Of a stretch of 64,000 bases of DNA, positions 1 to 10,455 are shown in pieces (within the stretch, counting starts at the first letter, position 1; each line of letters begins with the position of its first letter). The DNA comes from Candidatus Latescibacterota bacterium. Lineage in GTDB: Bacteria; Latescibacterota; UBA2968; UBA8231. The DNA is taken from NCBI GenBank assembly GCA_965208105.1, contig OZ242318.1:544001-608000 (forward strand), given 5' to 3'. Both the position numbers and the translations under genes were made by a program. Under the pieces are notes generated by a model, which was not told the DNA's origin, ran no database searches, and saw nothing but the letters and a program-made list of their open reading frames with translations.

Positions 1-1406
1 CTCCCCGCCTCGATCTGCAGGAGATTCTCCAGGCGGCGGTAGAACTTGTAGGCTGCTTCCAGGCTGTCAGCTTCGCTGGAAGCGAGGCCTCCGGCCTGGC
101 GCAGGGAGGAGATCGCTTCCAGGGTGCCCTGGGTGCGCACCTGTGGATTCACACAACCGTTGAGCAACTGCAGACACTGGAGAATGAACTCGATGTCGCG
201 AATTCCTCCGGCTCGCAGCTTGATGTTGTTGTCCCGCGCCGGGCGCTCCAGGATCCGGGCTTCGATGCGTTCCTTGATCTGGCGGATCTCATGGCGCGGG
301 CTGATACCGAAGTGGGCAGGGTAGATGAACCTTGCCAGCATATCTCTGAACCGCTTCCACAAGGGTCCCGATCCGGCGGCACAGCGTGCCTTGATGAGCA
401 TCTGCCGCTCCCAGGTCTCTCCCCGGGTCTCGTAATAGATCCAGTAGCTCCTCAGTGAGCGCACGAGGAGACCGGTCTTGCCCTCCGGCCGCAGCCTCAT
501 GTCCACCGGGTAGAGGGAGCCTTCCCGGGTGGAAGCACTCAGAATCTGGATGATGCGTTCCCCCAGGCGCTGAAAGAACTCCTTGTTGTCGATCCCGGCA
601 CCCCGCCGCCCGGGACGGGTCCGTCCATCTCCATCGTAGACGAACATCAAGTCGATGTCCGAACGGAAGTTCAATTCCCTGCCTCCGTGCTTGCCCAGGC
701 AGACGATGCAGAATTTGGCCACGCGCCCGCGGTCGTCCCGCGGTCTGCCGTAGCGCCCCACCATTTCCGCCATGGCCAGTTCAAGGACCACCTTCAGAAC
801 CGCGTCGGCCAGATTGGACAGCTCCCGGCCGACCTCCTCGACATCCCCGGCCCCCAGTATCTCAACCGCGCCGAGGCGCAGAAGTTCGCGCCTCTGTGCC
901 CGTCGCAATGCATTGAGCCGATCCTCCGTCGAGGAGGTCCCTTCCATCTCCCGGCGCAGCCTTCGGCGCAGGGAATTCTGGTCCGGGGACTTGCTCAGGG
1001 ACTCGGTTCCTGCCAGGACCTGGAGGAGGAACTGGGGATTGCGTACAAGGATTTCCGTTAGAAAACGGCTGTGGGACAGCACCTGCAGCAGGCGCTGCTG
1101 CAGGGCGGGATCTGCGGAGAGACAGGCCAGGAGAGAGGGCCCGGAGTCCAAGGCTTCCACCAGCCTCTCAAGGTGATGAAGCCCGCGGTCCGGACGGCTT
1201 GTTTTCACCGCGGCCAGAAGTATCCCGGCGGAAAGGGCAACTGACCCCGCTGCCGAGCCGGCCACGCGGTCCAGGGTCTGCAGGGCTCGTTGCGGATCAT
1301 CGAACCCCATGCGGGTCAAGGCCTTCAGCGCTGCTGCTCCGCTTCGGGTCAGGGCCTGGTGCGCCAGTTTCTTCAGTTCGCGGTTGCTTCCAGGACGCAT
1401 TGCCAT
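1..1406 (-). CDS. glnE: Glutamine synthetase adenylyltransferase, 3' end runs off the window
   Basis: Not in the ORF track because it has no stop in the window. Manual minus-strand translation gives LGKHGGRELNFRSDIDLMFVY, VDMRLRPEGKTGLLV, WERQMLIKAR, NIKLRAGGIRDIEFILQCLQL and AYKFYRRLENLLQ, all GlnE motifs. Start ATG at 1406 (or 1400). Lies directly downstream of glnB. Confidence 0.9.
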   Translation of the reverse strand, partial: MAMRPGSNRELKKLAHQALTRSGAAALKALTRMGFDDPQRALQTLDRVAGSAAGSVALSAGILLAAVKTSRPDRGLHHLERLVEALDSGPSLLACLSADPALQQRLLQVLSHSRFLTEILVRNPQFLLQVLAGTESLSKSPDQNSLRRRLRREMEGTSSTEDRLNALRRAQRRELLRLGAVEILGAGDVEEVGRELSNLADAVLKVVLELAMAEMVGRYGRPRDDRGRVAKFCIVCLGKHGGRELNFRSDIDLMFVYDGDGRTRPGRRGAGIDNKEFFQRLGERIIQILSASTREGSLYPVDMRLRPEGKTGLLVRSLRSYWIYYETRGETWERQMLIKARCAAGSGPLWKRFRDMLARFIYPAHFGISPRHEIRQIKERIEARILERPARDNNIKLRAGGIRDIEFILQCLQLLNGCVNPQVRTQGTLEAISSLRQAGGLASSEADSLEAAYKFYRRLENLLQIEAG

Positions 1407-1445
1407 CCCGGTCCAATGCCGATTACATTCTGGGGTGCTTGCGCA

Positions 1446-1793
<348 letters not shown>

Positions 1794-2006
1794 TCATATA
1801 TCTCCTCCACCTGAAACCGGGGCTGGAGATCTGCCTGGACTGAACAGCATGCGGCCTGACAAGGAGGCGGATTGTTTTTGCCATCGCGCCTCCATTGAGC
1901 TTTATTACAATCTCGCGCGCCGTGCAATGAGACCATTATAGAATCCGGCGCGTCTCGTCACAAACCACATGAACTCTTCTCGGCAAAGGGCTTTGGGGGA
2001 GAAAAA

Positions 2007-2297
2007 ATGGCATCGAACATCGAAGAGCTGACCATCCACTACGAGGAGGAGGGCCAGGTCCTGCGCAAGGAACTGGCCAAGGAAGTCCTGAGCAAAGGCT
2101 CCTGGACCACCATCATGTTCCTCTACCAGGATCTCAATCGCAGAAGCGGGGAATACGGCCCGTGCAAAATCTCCATCCGCCGCTATCAGAAGCGCGAAGG
2201 AACCTATCTGCCGCGAAGCAAATTCGAGATCTCGAGCGCCAACCAGGCCAGGGCGATAAGCGCCAAGATTGCGGACTGGTTCCCGGGCCAGGAGTGA
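2007..2297 (+). CDS. Conserved hypothetical protein (96 aa)
   Basis: GGAG RBS upstream, globular-looking composition, fills the gap between glnB and the next gene. Confidence 0.75.
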   Translation: MASNIEELTIHYEEEGQVLRKELAKEVLSKGSWTTIMFLYQDLNRRSGEYGPCKISIRRYQKREGTYLPRSKFEISSANQARAISAKIADWFPGQE

Positions 2298-2410
2298 TCT
2301 TTCGGGGCCATCTCTCCCTCATCGCAATTCTTCCCTTCCCCTTCCCGCGCCGCAGAGCTGCGAAGGTCGGCACGGGGAACCGCTCACTTCCAGCCGGCAA
2401 AGACCAAAGG

Positions 2411-3550
2411 CTAAGTGGCGGAAGCACTCTCAACGTCCACGGGCACCCGATGCCATCCCGTGCGCCCGTCGTAGAGATCCACCCCCTCGTCCTCCATTGG
2501 CTGAGTTCCCCCCTGGTCGTCCATTGCCCGCGCCACAATTTCGTAGCGCCCGCTTGCCGGCAGCGGCCAGCGGTAACTCCAGGTCAGCCATTGATTCGGC
2601 AGCGATTGGGTCATGAGTTGCGCCTCCTCCCAGGACGCCCCGCCGTCGGCGCTCACCTCCACCATTTCCACCCGGCGCTCGCCGGCCATGGCGATTCCGT
2701 GAATCAGGAACTCCTCGCCCAACTCGCCCCGAACGGTCTGCAACTCCACCGTGACACCTCCATTGGCAGGATCCACTACGTCGTCCCATAGAGATGTGGG
2801 GGAGTCGACCCGGGAGTTCACCGTTGCAATGGCGTCGTCGGACCACTTGAATGGCTTGTTCTTGGGAAGGCTCTCCCAATGGCCCAGGTGGACGAAGTCG
2901 ATCAGTTCAATATGAGTGATCCACTTGGGCATTTTCTGCCCGTAGTGCCCGGGGTTGATCAAGCGCACCGGGAACCCGTGCTTGGATGGCAGCACCTTAC
3001 CGTTCATCTCCCACACCAGCAGGACCTCGTCGCGCAGGGCCCTTTCCAGGGGTACCGAAGTATGGTAGCCGTCGACGCTGGTGAACCGCACCCGGATGGC
3101 CTCACCGCGCACGCCGACCATGTCCATCAGGTTGTTGAACGGGGTTCCTCCCCACTCAGCGTTGCCAACCAGGGGCCCCCCTATCCAGTTTCCGATGCAC
3201 TGCATGGTCAGGACCTGGCGCTGCAGCGGCATTGCCACAATCTCTTCATAGGCCATGGCGCGGACGGGATTGTCCACAAGTCCGTCGATTCTCAATCGCC
3301 AGCGCTCGACGTTGACCTTGGGATCGTAGTTCTTGCCGTTGATCGACTGCAGGTAAAACCGTTCGTTCGGCGTGATCGGCGGCAGCGGCAACTCTCCGGC
3401 AGGCGTCCCGGGAGGCACCGCCGGTTCCGGTCCCATGGGGATGCGGCGGAACTTCACTTCGTGGCTCTCGCACCCCAGGCCCGGCACAATGGCGGCTATT
3501 GTCACCAGGCCGCCGGCTTTCAAAAAGTTGCGTCTGTCCTGCTTTTTCAT
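2411..3550 (-). CDS. Sulfite oxidase-family molybdopterin-dependent oxidoreductase, Tat-exported (possible lipoprotein)
   Basis: DRRNFLK Tat motif, GLGC lipobox-like, ITPNERFY, MQCIGN, GNAEWGG, HGFPVRLINPGHYGQKMPKWI, and a C-terminal dimerisation domain (VEVSADGGASW). Confidence 0.9.
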   Translation of the reverse strand: MKKQDRRNFLKAGGLVTIAAIVPGLGCESHEVKFRRIPMGPEPAVPPGTPAGELPLPPITPNERFYLQSINGKNYDPKVNVERWRLRIDGLVDNPVRAMAYEEIVAMPLQRQVLTMQCIGNWIGGPLVGNAEWGGTPFNNLMDMVGVRGEAIRVRFTSVDGYHTSVPLERALRDEVLLVWEMNGKVLPSKHGFPVRLINPGHYGQKMPKWITHIELIDFVHLGHWESLPKNKPFKWSDDAIATVNSRVDSPTSLWDDVVDPANGGVTVELQTVRGELGEEFLIHGIAMAGERRVEMVEVSADGGASWEEAQLMTQSLPNQWLTWSYRWPLPASGRYEIVARAMDDQGGTQPMEDEGVDLYDGRTGWHRVPVDVESASAT

Positions 3551-3570
3551 GGTTGAAAACCTTTCTCTTC

Positions 3571-4419
3571 TCACCGATAGCTGTAGGAGACCCCGATGCC
3601 CCAGGATTTACCCGCGCCGATATTCTCCCCGGCAACGAGGCTTTCCCACAAAACTTCCACCCATACCGGACCCCCTGCGTGCAAGGCGACGTTTACCCCG
3701 GCCTTGGTATAATCTCCCTCGGAAACCTGGACCGAAGCTCCCACAACACCGGCGCTTTCTTCCTCGGCGGCAGTCAAGGTGTTCTTGCCATCCAGGTAGG
3801 CCTTGGCGAACACCCTGGGGTGCGGCGTCGCCCCCACCTCGAGGAAATAGGGGACCTGGTTGGAGTATGGCCCGCCGCGCAGGCGCAAACCACTCTCGGC
3901 GCCAATGTATAGAGGCCAGGGATAGAGTGAGCGCGCCGCAAGCATTCTGAACTCCAGGTCCGCTTCACCAGTGCCCAGGGTAGGATCGCGCTTCTGGTCG
4001 TATCCGGTGGGAAGCTTGAAGCTCATCATGGGAGCGAGCACGATCGGGTCGTCCACCAGTTGGTACCTGCCACCCAGGTCGACATCGCCCGTACCCCTGG
4101 TCCTTCGCCACTTCACCACCAGGGTGTCCTGGAAGACCAGCTCGCCCGCGTTCATCTGGGCGACGAGGGTAAGCCTGTCCAGCAGGCCGTATTCCAGATA
4201 GAAGAATCCCTGCCGCGATTCGAACCTGTCCTCGTCCGTTCCCAATGGGTCCCGCTTTCCCATGTCATTGTAGACCTCATCGGAAGAGTAGAAGATCCCC
4301 GAAAACTTGGCGTAGTAGCTGCCCTTTGCCTGACTCCAGGCACCAGCCCAGGCCGGAGAGCCAACTCCCATGGGAAGAGAGAGAAAAATGGCCAGGGTGA
4401 GGAGCCAACGGCAACTCAT
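3571..4419 (-). CDS. Putative outer-membrane beta-barrel (transporter-like) protein
   Basis: Signal peptide (MSCRWLL...AWAGAW), alternating beta-strand pattern, ends IGVSYSYR. ATGA overlap with the upstream GT stop codon. Confidence 0.65.
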   Translation of the reverse strand: MSCRWLLTLAIFLSLPMGVGSPAWAGAWSQAKGSYYAKFSGIFYSSDEVYNDMGKRDPLGTDEDRFESRQGFFYLEYGLLDRLTLVAQMNAGELVFQDTLVVKWRRTRGTGDVDLGGRYQLVDDPIVLAPMMSFKLPTGYDQKRDPTLGTGEADLEFRMLAARSLYPWPLYIGAESGLRLRGGPYSNQVPYFLEVGATPHPRVFAKAYLDGKNTLTAAEEESAGVVGASVQVSEGDYTKAGVNVALHAGGPVWVEVLWESLVAGENIGAGKSWGIGVSYSYR

Positions 4420-5594
4420 TTTCCCTTCCTTTCCGGCGTGAAAACCCGATCGTAAAGGGCCAGGAGCTTTTGGGCTTCTCCCGCCCAGTTGAATCTGTCT
4501 TCGACCATGATCTGCCCTCGTTCCCCCTTTTCCCGGGCAACGGCGGGATGGTCGAGCAGGAACCCGATGGCCCTGGCGTGAGCCCTTGCATCCGCAGGTT
4601 CGACCAGAATGCCCCAATCCGCCTCGGCGTGAAAGGCGCGGATGGATGGCAGCGCGCTGGCAACCACCGGAATTCCACAGGCAAGGTATTCAAAAAGCTT
4701 GGTGGGGACAAACGGCCGGAGATTCTTGAGGGATACCTGGCCCGGGATCAAGCCCACCCTGCTCTCGCGAATGAGTTCCCCCAACTGTTCGTATGGCACC
4801 GGCTCCGACCGGCACACAACCCGTTCCTCAAGCCCGTACTCCTCCAGCTTCTGCAAGAACAATTTCTCGATGTTGGCAGAGTGAAACTTTCCCTGACTCA
4901 GCAGCCGTACGGCGGGATGGGTCTGCCCCAGGACCCGCATGATCTCGAGCAGAAAGATGCCTCCGCGTTCGGTAGAGAGCGAGCCCACGTGGACGAGTTC
5001 GCAGCCCATGCCGGAAGCCGATCTGCCATTGCCCGCGAACAGTTCCATGCGGGGATAGTTCTTCACGGCGGCGAAGGGACGGCGTTCGAATCGGCTTCCC
5101 TGCTCTTCCACCACCCCTACCACGGCACTGAGGCAGCGGGAAAGCCACTGCTCTCCGGCATCAACCAAAACGGACAACGGACGTCTCAACCCGTCCGGGA
5201 CCCATGGCCGCACATGAGCCACTTGCGGAAAATGCTCGTGGACGTCGTAGATCACCTTCTTGCCCCTCAACCACAAGACCACTCCAAGAAGCAGAAGTTC
5301 CGCATCGTGAAAATGGTATATGTCCGCATTGGCTCTCAAGCTCCTTTTCAATAGCCGAACGATGTTCAACAGCCGCTGGCTCAGGGATCTGGCGCGCGGA
5401 ATTGTCTCGATGCGCACCCCTCCTCTCTCACCCGCCAGCTCGGGGGCGCCCGGTCCGATGATGGTCACTTCGTAGCCTGCCTCGGCCAGGCTCATAGCCT
5501 GCTTGTAGTAGATCCTCGGATCGAGAGGGCTGTGGACATTGGTCAACTTGCAAACCCTAAGTCCCAAAAAGCACCTCCCTGCTCGCGTCACCAC
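4416..5594 (-). CDS. Glycosyltransferase family 4
   Basis: VHSPLDPRIYYK, IYHFHDAEL, YDVHE, PTKLFEYLACGIPVVAS. True start may be TTG at about 5567. Confidence 0.9.
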   Translation of the reverse strand: MVTRAGRCFLGLRVCKLTNVHSPLDPRIYYKQAMSLAEAGYEVTIIGPGAPELAGERGGVRIETIPRARSLSQRLLNIVRLLKRSLRANADIYHFHDAELLLLGVVLWLRGKKVIYDVHEHFPQVAHVRPWVPDGLRRPLSVLVDAGEQWLSRCLSAVVGVVEEQGSRFERRPFAAVKNYPRMELFAGNGRSASGMGCELVHVGSLSTERGGIFLLEIMRVLGQTHPAVRLLSQGKFHSANIEKLFLQKLEEYGLEERVVCRSEPVPYEQLGELIRESRVGLIPGQVSLKNLRPFVPTKLFEYLACGIPVVASALPSIRAFHAEADWGILVEPADARAHARAIGFLLDHPAVAREKGERGQIMVEDRFNWAGEAQKLLALYDRVFTPERKGK

Positions 5595-6249
5595 AATTGA
5601 GCAACAGATCCAGCACGCTCATATTCGCCTCGAACCCGGGAAAGCACTGTGCATATTCAGGATGCCTGAAAGCGGTGAACCGGCATTCGATCCCAGCCTC
5701 GTGAAAATATCGTTCATCGAGATAATCACGGGAGCCGCCGTCGCCCGAAAGATAGACATCGCAACCGCAAACGGCTGCCATGTCGATCAGCCGCAGATTG
5801 CGCTCAGGTCTGAGGTCCAGCTCCGAACCCATGCAAATCTTCACTTCGATTCCCATTCGGCGCATGAGGTAGCGGATCATCTCCAGGTTGACGTCTACCA
5901 GACGGCGCCAGGTGTGGCGGTAGAAGCACTCGAGAAATTCGGCGTGATCCTCGAAAAAGGAGGCATTGCGGTAGTTCCAGCGCAAGGCCTCCCAGTGTTT
6001 GCGCTGCCAGGTGCTGGCAGGATCGATCTCCACCTCGCAGATGCGCTGCAGACCCCTTCCCCGGGTGAGAACTGGAACCGTCAACCACTGCCAGCCTTCC
6101 AGGGTGCGAATGCGGTTGCGATTGGTCAAGCCGTGGCGCGAGTACTGCACGTCGTCGGCGATCACCCATACGTCGGCCTGCCCGATTTTGTGGAACATGC
6201 CCAACCAGGGGAGGTAGTTGGGCTGGTGCGCCGCCAGCACCCGGCTCAC
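5557..6249 (-). CDS. WbqC-like protein
   Basis: AHQPNYLPWLGMFHKI, NRNRIRT, YLSGDGG, MSVLDLLLNCG. GTG start at 6249 overlaps the upstream TGA (alternative ATG at 6261). Confidence 0.9.
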   Translation of the reverse strand: MSRVLAAHQPNYLPWLGMFHKIGQADVWVIADDVQYSRHGLTNRNRIRTLEGWQWLTVPVLTRGRGLQRICEVEIDPASTWQRKHWEALRWNYRNASFFEDHAEFLECFYRHTWRRLVDVNLEMIRYLMRRMGIEVKICMGSELDLRPERNLRLIDMAAVCGCDVYLSGDGGSRDYLDERYFHEAGIECRFTAFRHPEYAQCFPGFEANMSVLDLLLNCGDASREVLFGT

Positions 6250-6875
6250 GACAGTACCCATCGCAGAACATCGAAGGCCTCGGCGTAGTCCACCGAGATC
6301 TGGCCGCCGCGGCTCCGCGCCCAGCTCCAGATGAAATCCTCCTTGCTGTAGGGCCGTTGCTGCTGGGACCTGTAGCACTTGAGGGCTTCGATCTTGGTGC
6401 GCACGTGATCTTCGCGCAGCACGACGAAATGCCGGTAGTCGAAGCTCAGGTTGTTCCAGGGAAGTTCGTATCCCAGGACTGTGACCATCTTGAAGGCCCT
6501 CAGGCCTTCCATGTAGACCGTCTGGTGGTCCTGGTGCAGATCCTGGCTGCTGGGCAGAAAGACCACCGCCGGATCTATCTCCTTTTTGAGGCGCACCAAC
6601 TCCTCGAGAATCTCCTGGCGCACGTGAGGAAGATGGCGGACTGCGTATTTGTAGACCAGGAGATTCTCTGGAGGGATCCCCAGAATACGGGTACCCGCCC
6701 TGACCTCCCGCTCGAGAATGTCAGGGGGAAACTGTTCGGGCACGGACTCCTCGGCGGTGGAGAAAGCCACGTAGAATACTTCCCTGCCCTCTTCGATAAA
6801 ACGCCTTATGGTTCCGCCACAACCGAACTCGCCATCGTCCGTATGGGGCGCAAGGACAAGTATCCTGTGGTTCAT
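6246..6875 (-). CDS. PIG-L/LmbE family N-deacetylase
   Basis: LAPHTDDGEFGCGGT, DLHQDH, YRSQ, YAEAF. Confidence 0.9.
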   Translation of the reverse strand: MNHRILVLAPHTDDGEFGCGGTIRRFIEEGREVFYVAFSTAEESVPEQFPPDILEREVRAGTRILGIPPENLLVYKYAVRHLPHVRQEILEELVRLKKEIDPAVVFLPSSQDLHQDHQTVYMEGLRAFKMVTVLGYELPWNNLSFDYRHFVVLREDHVRTKIEALKCYRSQQQRPYSKEDFIWSWARSRGGQISVDYAEAFDVLRWVLS

Positions 6876-7108
6876 CGAAGTTCCTCGAACTGCACTCGAA
6901 GAAAATGGCTGACGCCGCTTTGCGGACCTCCCGCCTCGCTCCTGTATCCCCGGATACGGCTACTCACAGAGCTAAAAAATATGCAGCCTGTCCATTGAGG
7001 CAAAAGAGGCGCCTCCCGCAGGATGGAGCCCGGCGGACTCACAGGGTCTCGTCCTCGGTCGAATCTATTCTCCCGTCCATGGCATCGGGGAGGCCCCGCC
7101 GCCGCAGG

Positions 7109-7990
7109 TCATGGGGATTCATCCAGGAGCCGTCGCAGATAGGCGCAGTAGGGATTCTCGTCTGAATGAGCCGCCACTTCGAGAACTTGATCGCGGGTGA
7201 TGTAGCCTTTTCTGAAGGCGATCTCTTCCAGACAGGCGATCTTGAGGCCCTGGCGGTGCTCGATGGTCTGGACGAAATTGCTGGCCTCCAGCAGGCTTTC
7301 GTGGGTACCTGTATCGAACCAGGCAAATCCTCGGCCCAGCACCTGTGCCCGCAGCTGCCGGCGATCGAGATAGACATTGTTGAGATCGGTGATTTCAAGC
7401 TGACCCCGGGCCGACGGCCTCAGCGACCTGGCAATCTCCACCACCTGCTCGTCGTAGAAATAGAGCCCCGTCTGGGCGTAGCTGGACCTCGGACTGCGCG
7501 GCTTCTCCTCGATGCTGAGGACATCCAAGTCCCCGTCGAACTCCACCACTCCATAACGTTCGGGATCGCGAACCTTGTAGGCAAATACCAGGCCCCCCTG
7601 CCTAAGCTTTCCCGCCTCTTCCATGATCTCCGTGAGCCCGTGCCCGTAGAACAGGTTGTCGCCGAAAATCAAAGCGCAGGGCCCGCCCTTGACGAAGTCG
7701 GCGCCGATGAGAATGGCCTGCGCCACGCCGCCGTCGGCCTTTTCCTGGACGGTGTAGCTGCATTGCAGACCCAGCCGGCTGCCATCGCCGAAAAGCTGCT
7801 CGTACAAGCCGATGTGCTGTGGGGTCGAGATGATCAGGTACTCCCTTATCCCCGCCAGCATGAGGACGGACAGGGGATAGTAGATCATGGGCTTGTCGAA
7901 AACCGGGATAATTTGTTTGGAAAGAGAAATGGTCTGGGGGTACAGACGGGTGCCGAGACCTCCGGCGAGAATTATCCCCTTCATGAACAC
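7109..7990 (-). CDS. rfbA: Glucose-1-phosphate thymidylyltransferase
   Basis: KGIILAGGLGTRLYP, KPMIYYPLSVLMLAGI, PERYGVVEF, GRGFAWFDTGTHESLLEASNF. Confidence 0.95.
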   Translation of the reverse strand: MFMKGIILAGGLGTRLYPQTISLSKQIIPVFDKPMIYYPLSVLMLAGIREYLIISTPQHIGLYEQLFGDGSRLGLQCSYTVQEKADGGVAQAILIGADFVKGGPCALIFGDNLFYGHGLTEIMEEAGKLRQGGLVFAYKVRDPERYGVVEFDGDLDVLSIEEKPRSPRSSYAQTGLYFYDEQVVEIARSLRPSARGQLEITDLNNVYLDRRQLRAQVLGRGFAWFDTGTHESLLEASNFVQTIEHRQGLKIACLEEIAFRKGYITRDQVLEVAAHSDENPYCAYLRRLLDESP

Positions 7991-8051
7991 TACCTCATTC
8001 TATGGTTTGGGTGGCCCCAAATCCTGGACACCGCCCGTGAAGGCGCACCGA

Positions 8052-8945
8052 TCAGCCGACAGTGCCGAATTTCGGGGTGGTGAAGCGCAGGTGGGTGTGG
8101 CCGCGCGCCAGGATATGCTGATAATTGGCCGCTCCATCCTTGAATGCTCCGTGTCCCCACGGGACCCAGGAGCGGGCGTTGCAATAGTGGTTCACGAATG
8201 CCCTGCGCCAGCGTTCACGGCTTCGGTTCGGATGCGAGCGGTGGAGGAGATGCGAATGAAAAAAGACCACGTCACCCGGGTCCACCACCACTGGCAGCGA
8301 CGACTCGTACCTCTCTGCAACCCTCGACAGGGTGTTGACCCCGTCGTCCAGGTCACTGGCCTTCTCCACCGTATCCAGGTCCTCGAAGACTCCTTCCGCG
8401 TGAATCAGACTGCCGCGCTCGCGGTCCGGATAAACGGGCTCGTGGTTGGATCCCGGCACCACCCACAGGCAACCAGTCTCCTCATCGGCCCTGTCCAGGG
8501 CCAGCCAGGCGCCCACCAGGGAATCGGGATAGGTGGTGATGTAGAAGGAATCCTGGTGCCATCCCTGGCCTCCCATCCCTGGTCCGTTGAAGAATAGCAT
8601 GGTCTGCAAAGCTAGGACGTCAGGCCCCACCAGCGCCTCCACCACGTCCAGGATCCGGGGATGCAGCAAAAATCGCTCGCTCAACGGATCGCGCCGGTGC
8701 AGCATGTGAACCCTCGCAACCCTCCGGCGCAATTCCTCCAGGCTGGCTCCTGGTTCTGGCGGCTCCATCCCTTCCATTCGCACCCGGCCTTCCAGTAAAT
8801 CCATGGCGTGGTCCTTCAGCTCACCCACCTCATCCTGCTCTACCAGAGCGGGAACCACGAGGAATCCATTTCTCTGGTATTCCCTGTACTGGCGCACCGC
8901 CACTTTGTAGCGGTCGATTCTCTCCCCTGCCACCGATTTGTACAT
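8052..8945 (-). CDS. Phytanoyl-CoA dioxygenase (PhyH) family Fe(II)/2OG oxygenase
   Basis: WHQDSFY, GCLWVVPGSN, GDVVFFHSHLLHRSHPN, RRAFVNHY. Confidence 0.9.
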   Translation of the reverse strand: MYKSVAGERIDRYKVAVRQYREYQRNGFLVVPALVEQDEVGELKDHAMDLLEGRVRMEGMEPPEPGASLEELRRRVARVHMLHRRDPLSERFLLHPRILDVVEALVGPDVLALQTMLFFNGPGMGGQGWHQDSFYITTYPDSLVGAWLALDRADEETGCLWVVPGSNHEPVYPDRERGSLIHAEGVFEDLDTVEKASDLDDGVNTLSRVAERYESSLPVVVDPGDVVFFHSHLLHRSHPNRSRERWRRAFVNHYCNARSWVPWGHGAFKDGAANYQHILARGHTHLRFTTPKFGTVG

Positions 8946-9251
8946 CGGGTGTCCCCTGCCTTGCCTTGCGATTTCGACGGCGGCAATCCGGGCTGGAACC
9001 GGCGCCGGCGCCCAAGACGGTTTTTAATCTAAACAAAATTCTGCAGGGGTGGAGCCCGGACGGGCGCGGTTTGCCGGGATCTGACGTCATCCCATATATT
9101 CTTCACCCGCTGCCTGCGGTCCCTTAGGAACTGCCCCCAGCCCCAATCACCATGTATGGAATCGGGATCGAAACAGCAACCCGCGGCAGCCGCATAGCCT
9201 GACAGATCCCGGCGCTAACCTTTCAGAGGCGAACCTCTCTACAGGGAAATA

Positions 9252-10319
9252 ATGTACTCATACCAGCGGCTCAAATCCTTTGCGCGATCGATTTTTTGCA
9301 AAATCGGCTGCCCTGAAAATGACGCGGAATCGGCCGCTGATTCCCTGCTCGCGGCCGATCTGCGCGGCGTCGATTCTCATGGCGTCGCCCGCCTTTCGGG
9401 CTATGTGCGCCTTTGGGAAATCGGACGGATCAACCCCAGGCCTGAAACTAAACTGGTTCACCAGACACCCAGCACCGCGGTAGTGGACGGAGACAGGGGG
9501 CTGGGCCTGGTGGTCGCACCTCGCGCCATGGAAATCGCCGTGGAAAAGGCCTCCGCCTGCGGCAGCGGCTGGGTTGCGGTGAGAAACGGCACCCATTTCG
9601 GTATTGCCGGCTACCATGCCATGATCGCCCTAAAAAACGACATGGTGGGTCTGGCCATGACCAATGCCACCCCGACTACCGCCCCCACTTTTTCCACCGA
9701 GAGACTGCTGGGAACCAATCCGATTGCCGTGGCAGTCCCCGCCGGCGACGAGCCTCCCTTCGTGGCTGACTTCGCGACCACCACGGCAGCACACGGCAAG
9801 CTTGAAATTCTCCAACGGCAGGGAGAGAGCGCCCCGCTTGGCTGGGTCCAGGACAGCAGGGGGCGTCCGACTGCCGATCCGCATGCTTTGCGGCACGGAG
9901 GCGCCTTGCTTCCGCTGGGCGGAGACCCCGAACACGGGAGCCACAAGGGTTTCTGTCTGGGGTCCACAGTCGACATCCTCTCGGCGGTTCTTTCCGGCGC
10001 CAACTATGGTCCCTGGGCGCCGGCATTCGGAGGCTTCCTGGCCACTGCAGAGGAGGAGGTGGGCGCGGGTCTGGGCCATTTTCTGGGAGCTCTGCGCATC
10101 GATGCCTTCAGGCCCGCGGGCGAGTTCAAAACCCATATGGACGGTTGGATAAGGAGATTCAGGAGTTCGGCCACCGTTCAGGGCCAGGACCGGGTGGTGA
10201 TTCCCGGAGACCCGGAAAGGGAATGCGAAAAGAAAAGAATCAAGGAGGGAATTCCCCTGGACCCGGAGGTGGAGCAGGATTTAAGGGAGTTGGCCGAGAA
10301 GTTCAAGGTCGAACTATAA
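9252..10319 (+). CDS. Ldh_2 family (type-2 malate/L-lactate/sulfolactate dehydrogenase-like) oxidoreductase
   Basis: ADLRGVDSHGVARL, HFGIAGYHA, LGTNPIA, LLPLGG, HKGFCL, IPGDPE. Confidence 0.9.
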   Translation: MYSYQRLKSFARSIFCKIGCPENDAESAADSLLAADLRGVDSHGVARLSGYVRLWEIGRINPRPETKLVHQTPSTAVVDGDRGLGLVVAPRAMEIAVEKASACGSGWVAVRNGTHFGIAGYHAMIALKNDMVGLAMTNATPTTAPTFSTERLLGTNPIAVAVPAGDEPPFVADFATTTAAHGKLEILQRQGESAPLGWVQDSRGRPTADPHALRHGGALLPLGGDPEHGSHKGFCLGSTVDILSAVLSGANYGPWAPAFGGFLATAEEEVGAGLGHFLGALRIDAFRPAGEFKTHMDGWIRRFRSSATVQGQDRVVIPGDPERECEKKRIKEGIPLDPEVEQDLRELAEKFKVEL

Positions 10320-10455
10320 AGCACCAGGCGACCCGGGTGGCGGTGGCACGAGCTCCGGACCTGTCAGTCCCCGTGTCCTCCCTCCCCACCGCGACGGCCG
10401 AATCGATCCTCGCAAAGATCACCATACTTTTTGAACTTATTCGTGGGACACAACA

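Noticed and set aside
1860-1935. Sigma54 promoter upstream of glnB
   Set aside because: Candidate GG...GC spacings do not fit the -24/-12 consensus.
9160-9250. SAM-I or glycine riboswitch upstream of the Ldh_2 gene (CAGCAACC...GGCGCTAACCTTTCAG)
   Set aside because: Only fragments match. The SAM-I 5' core (ATC.AGAG..GAGGGA..GGCCC) and the glycine GGAGA...CCGAAG elements are absent.
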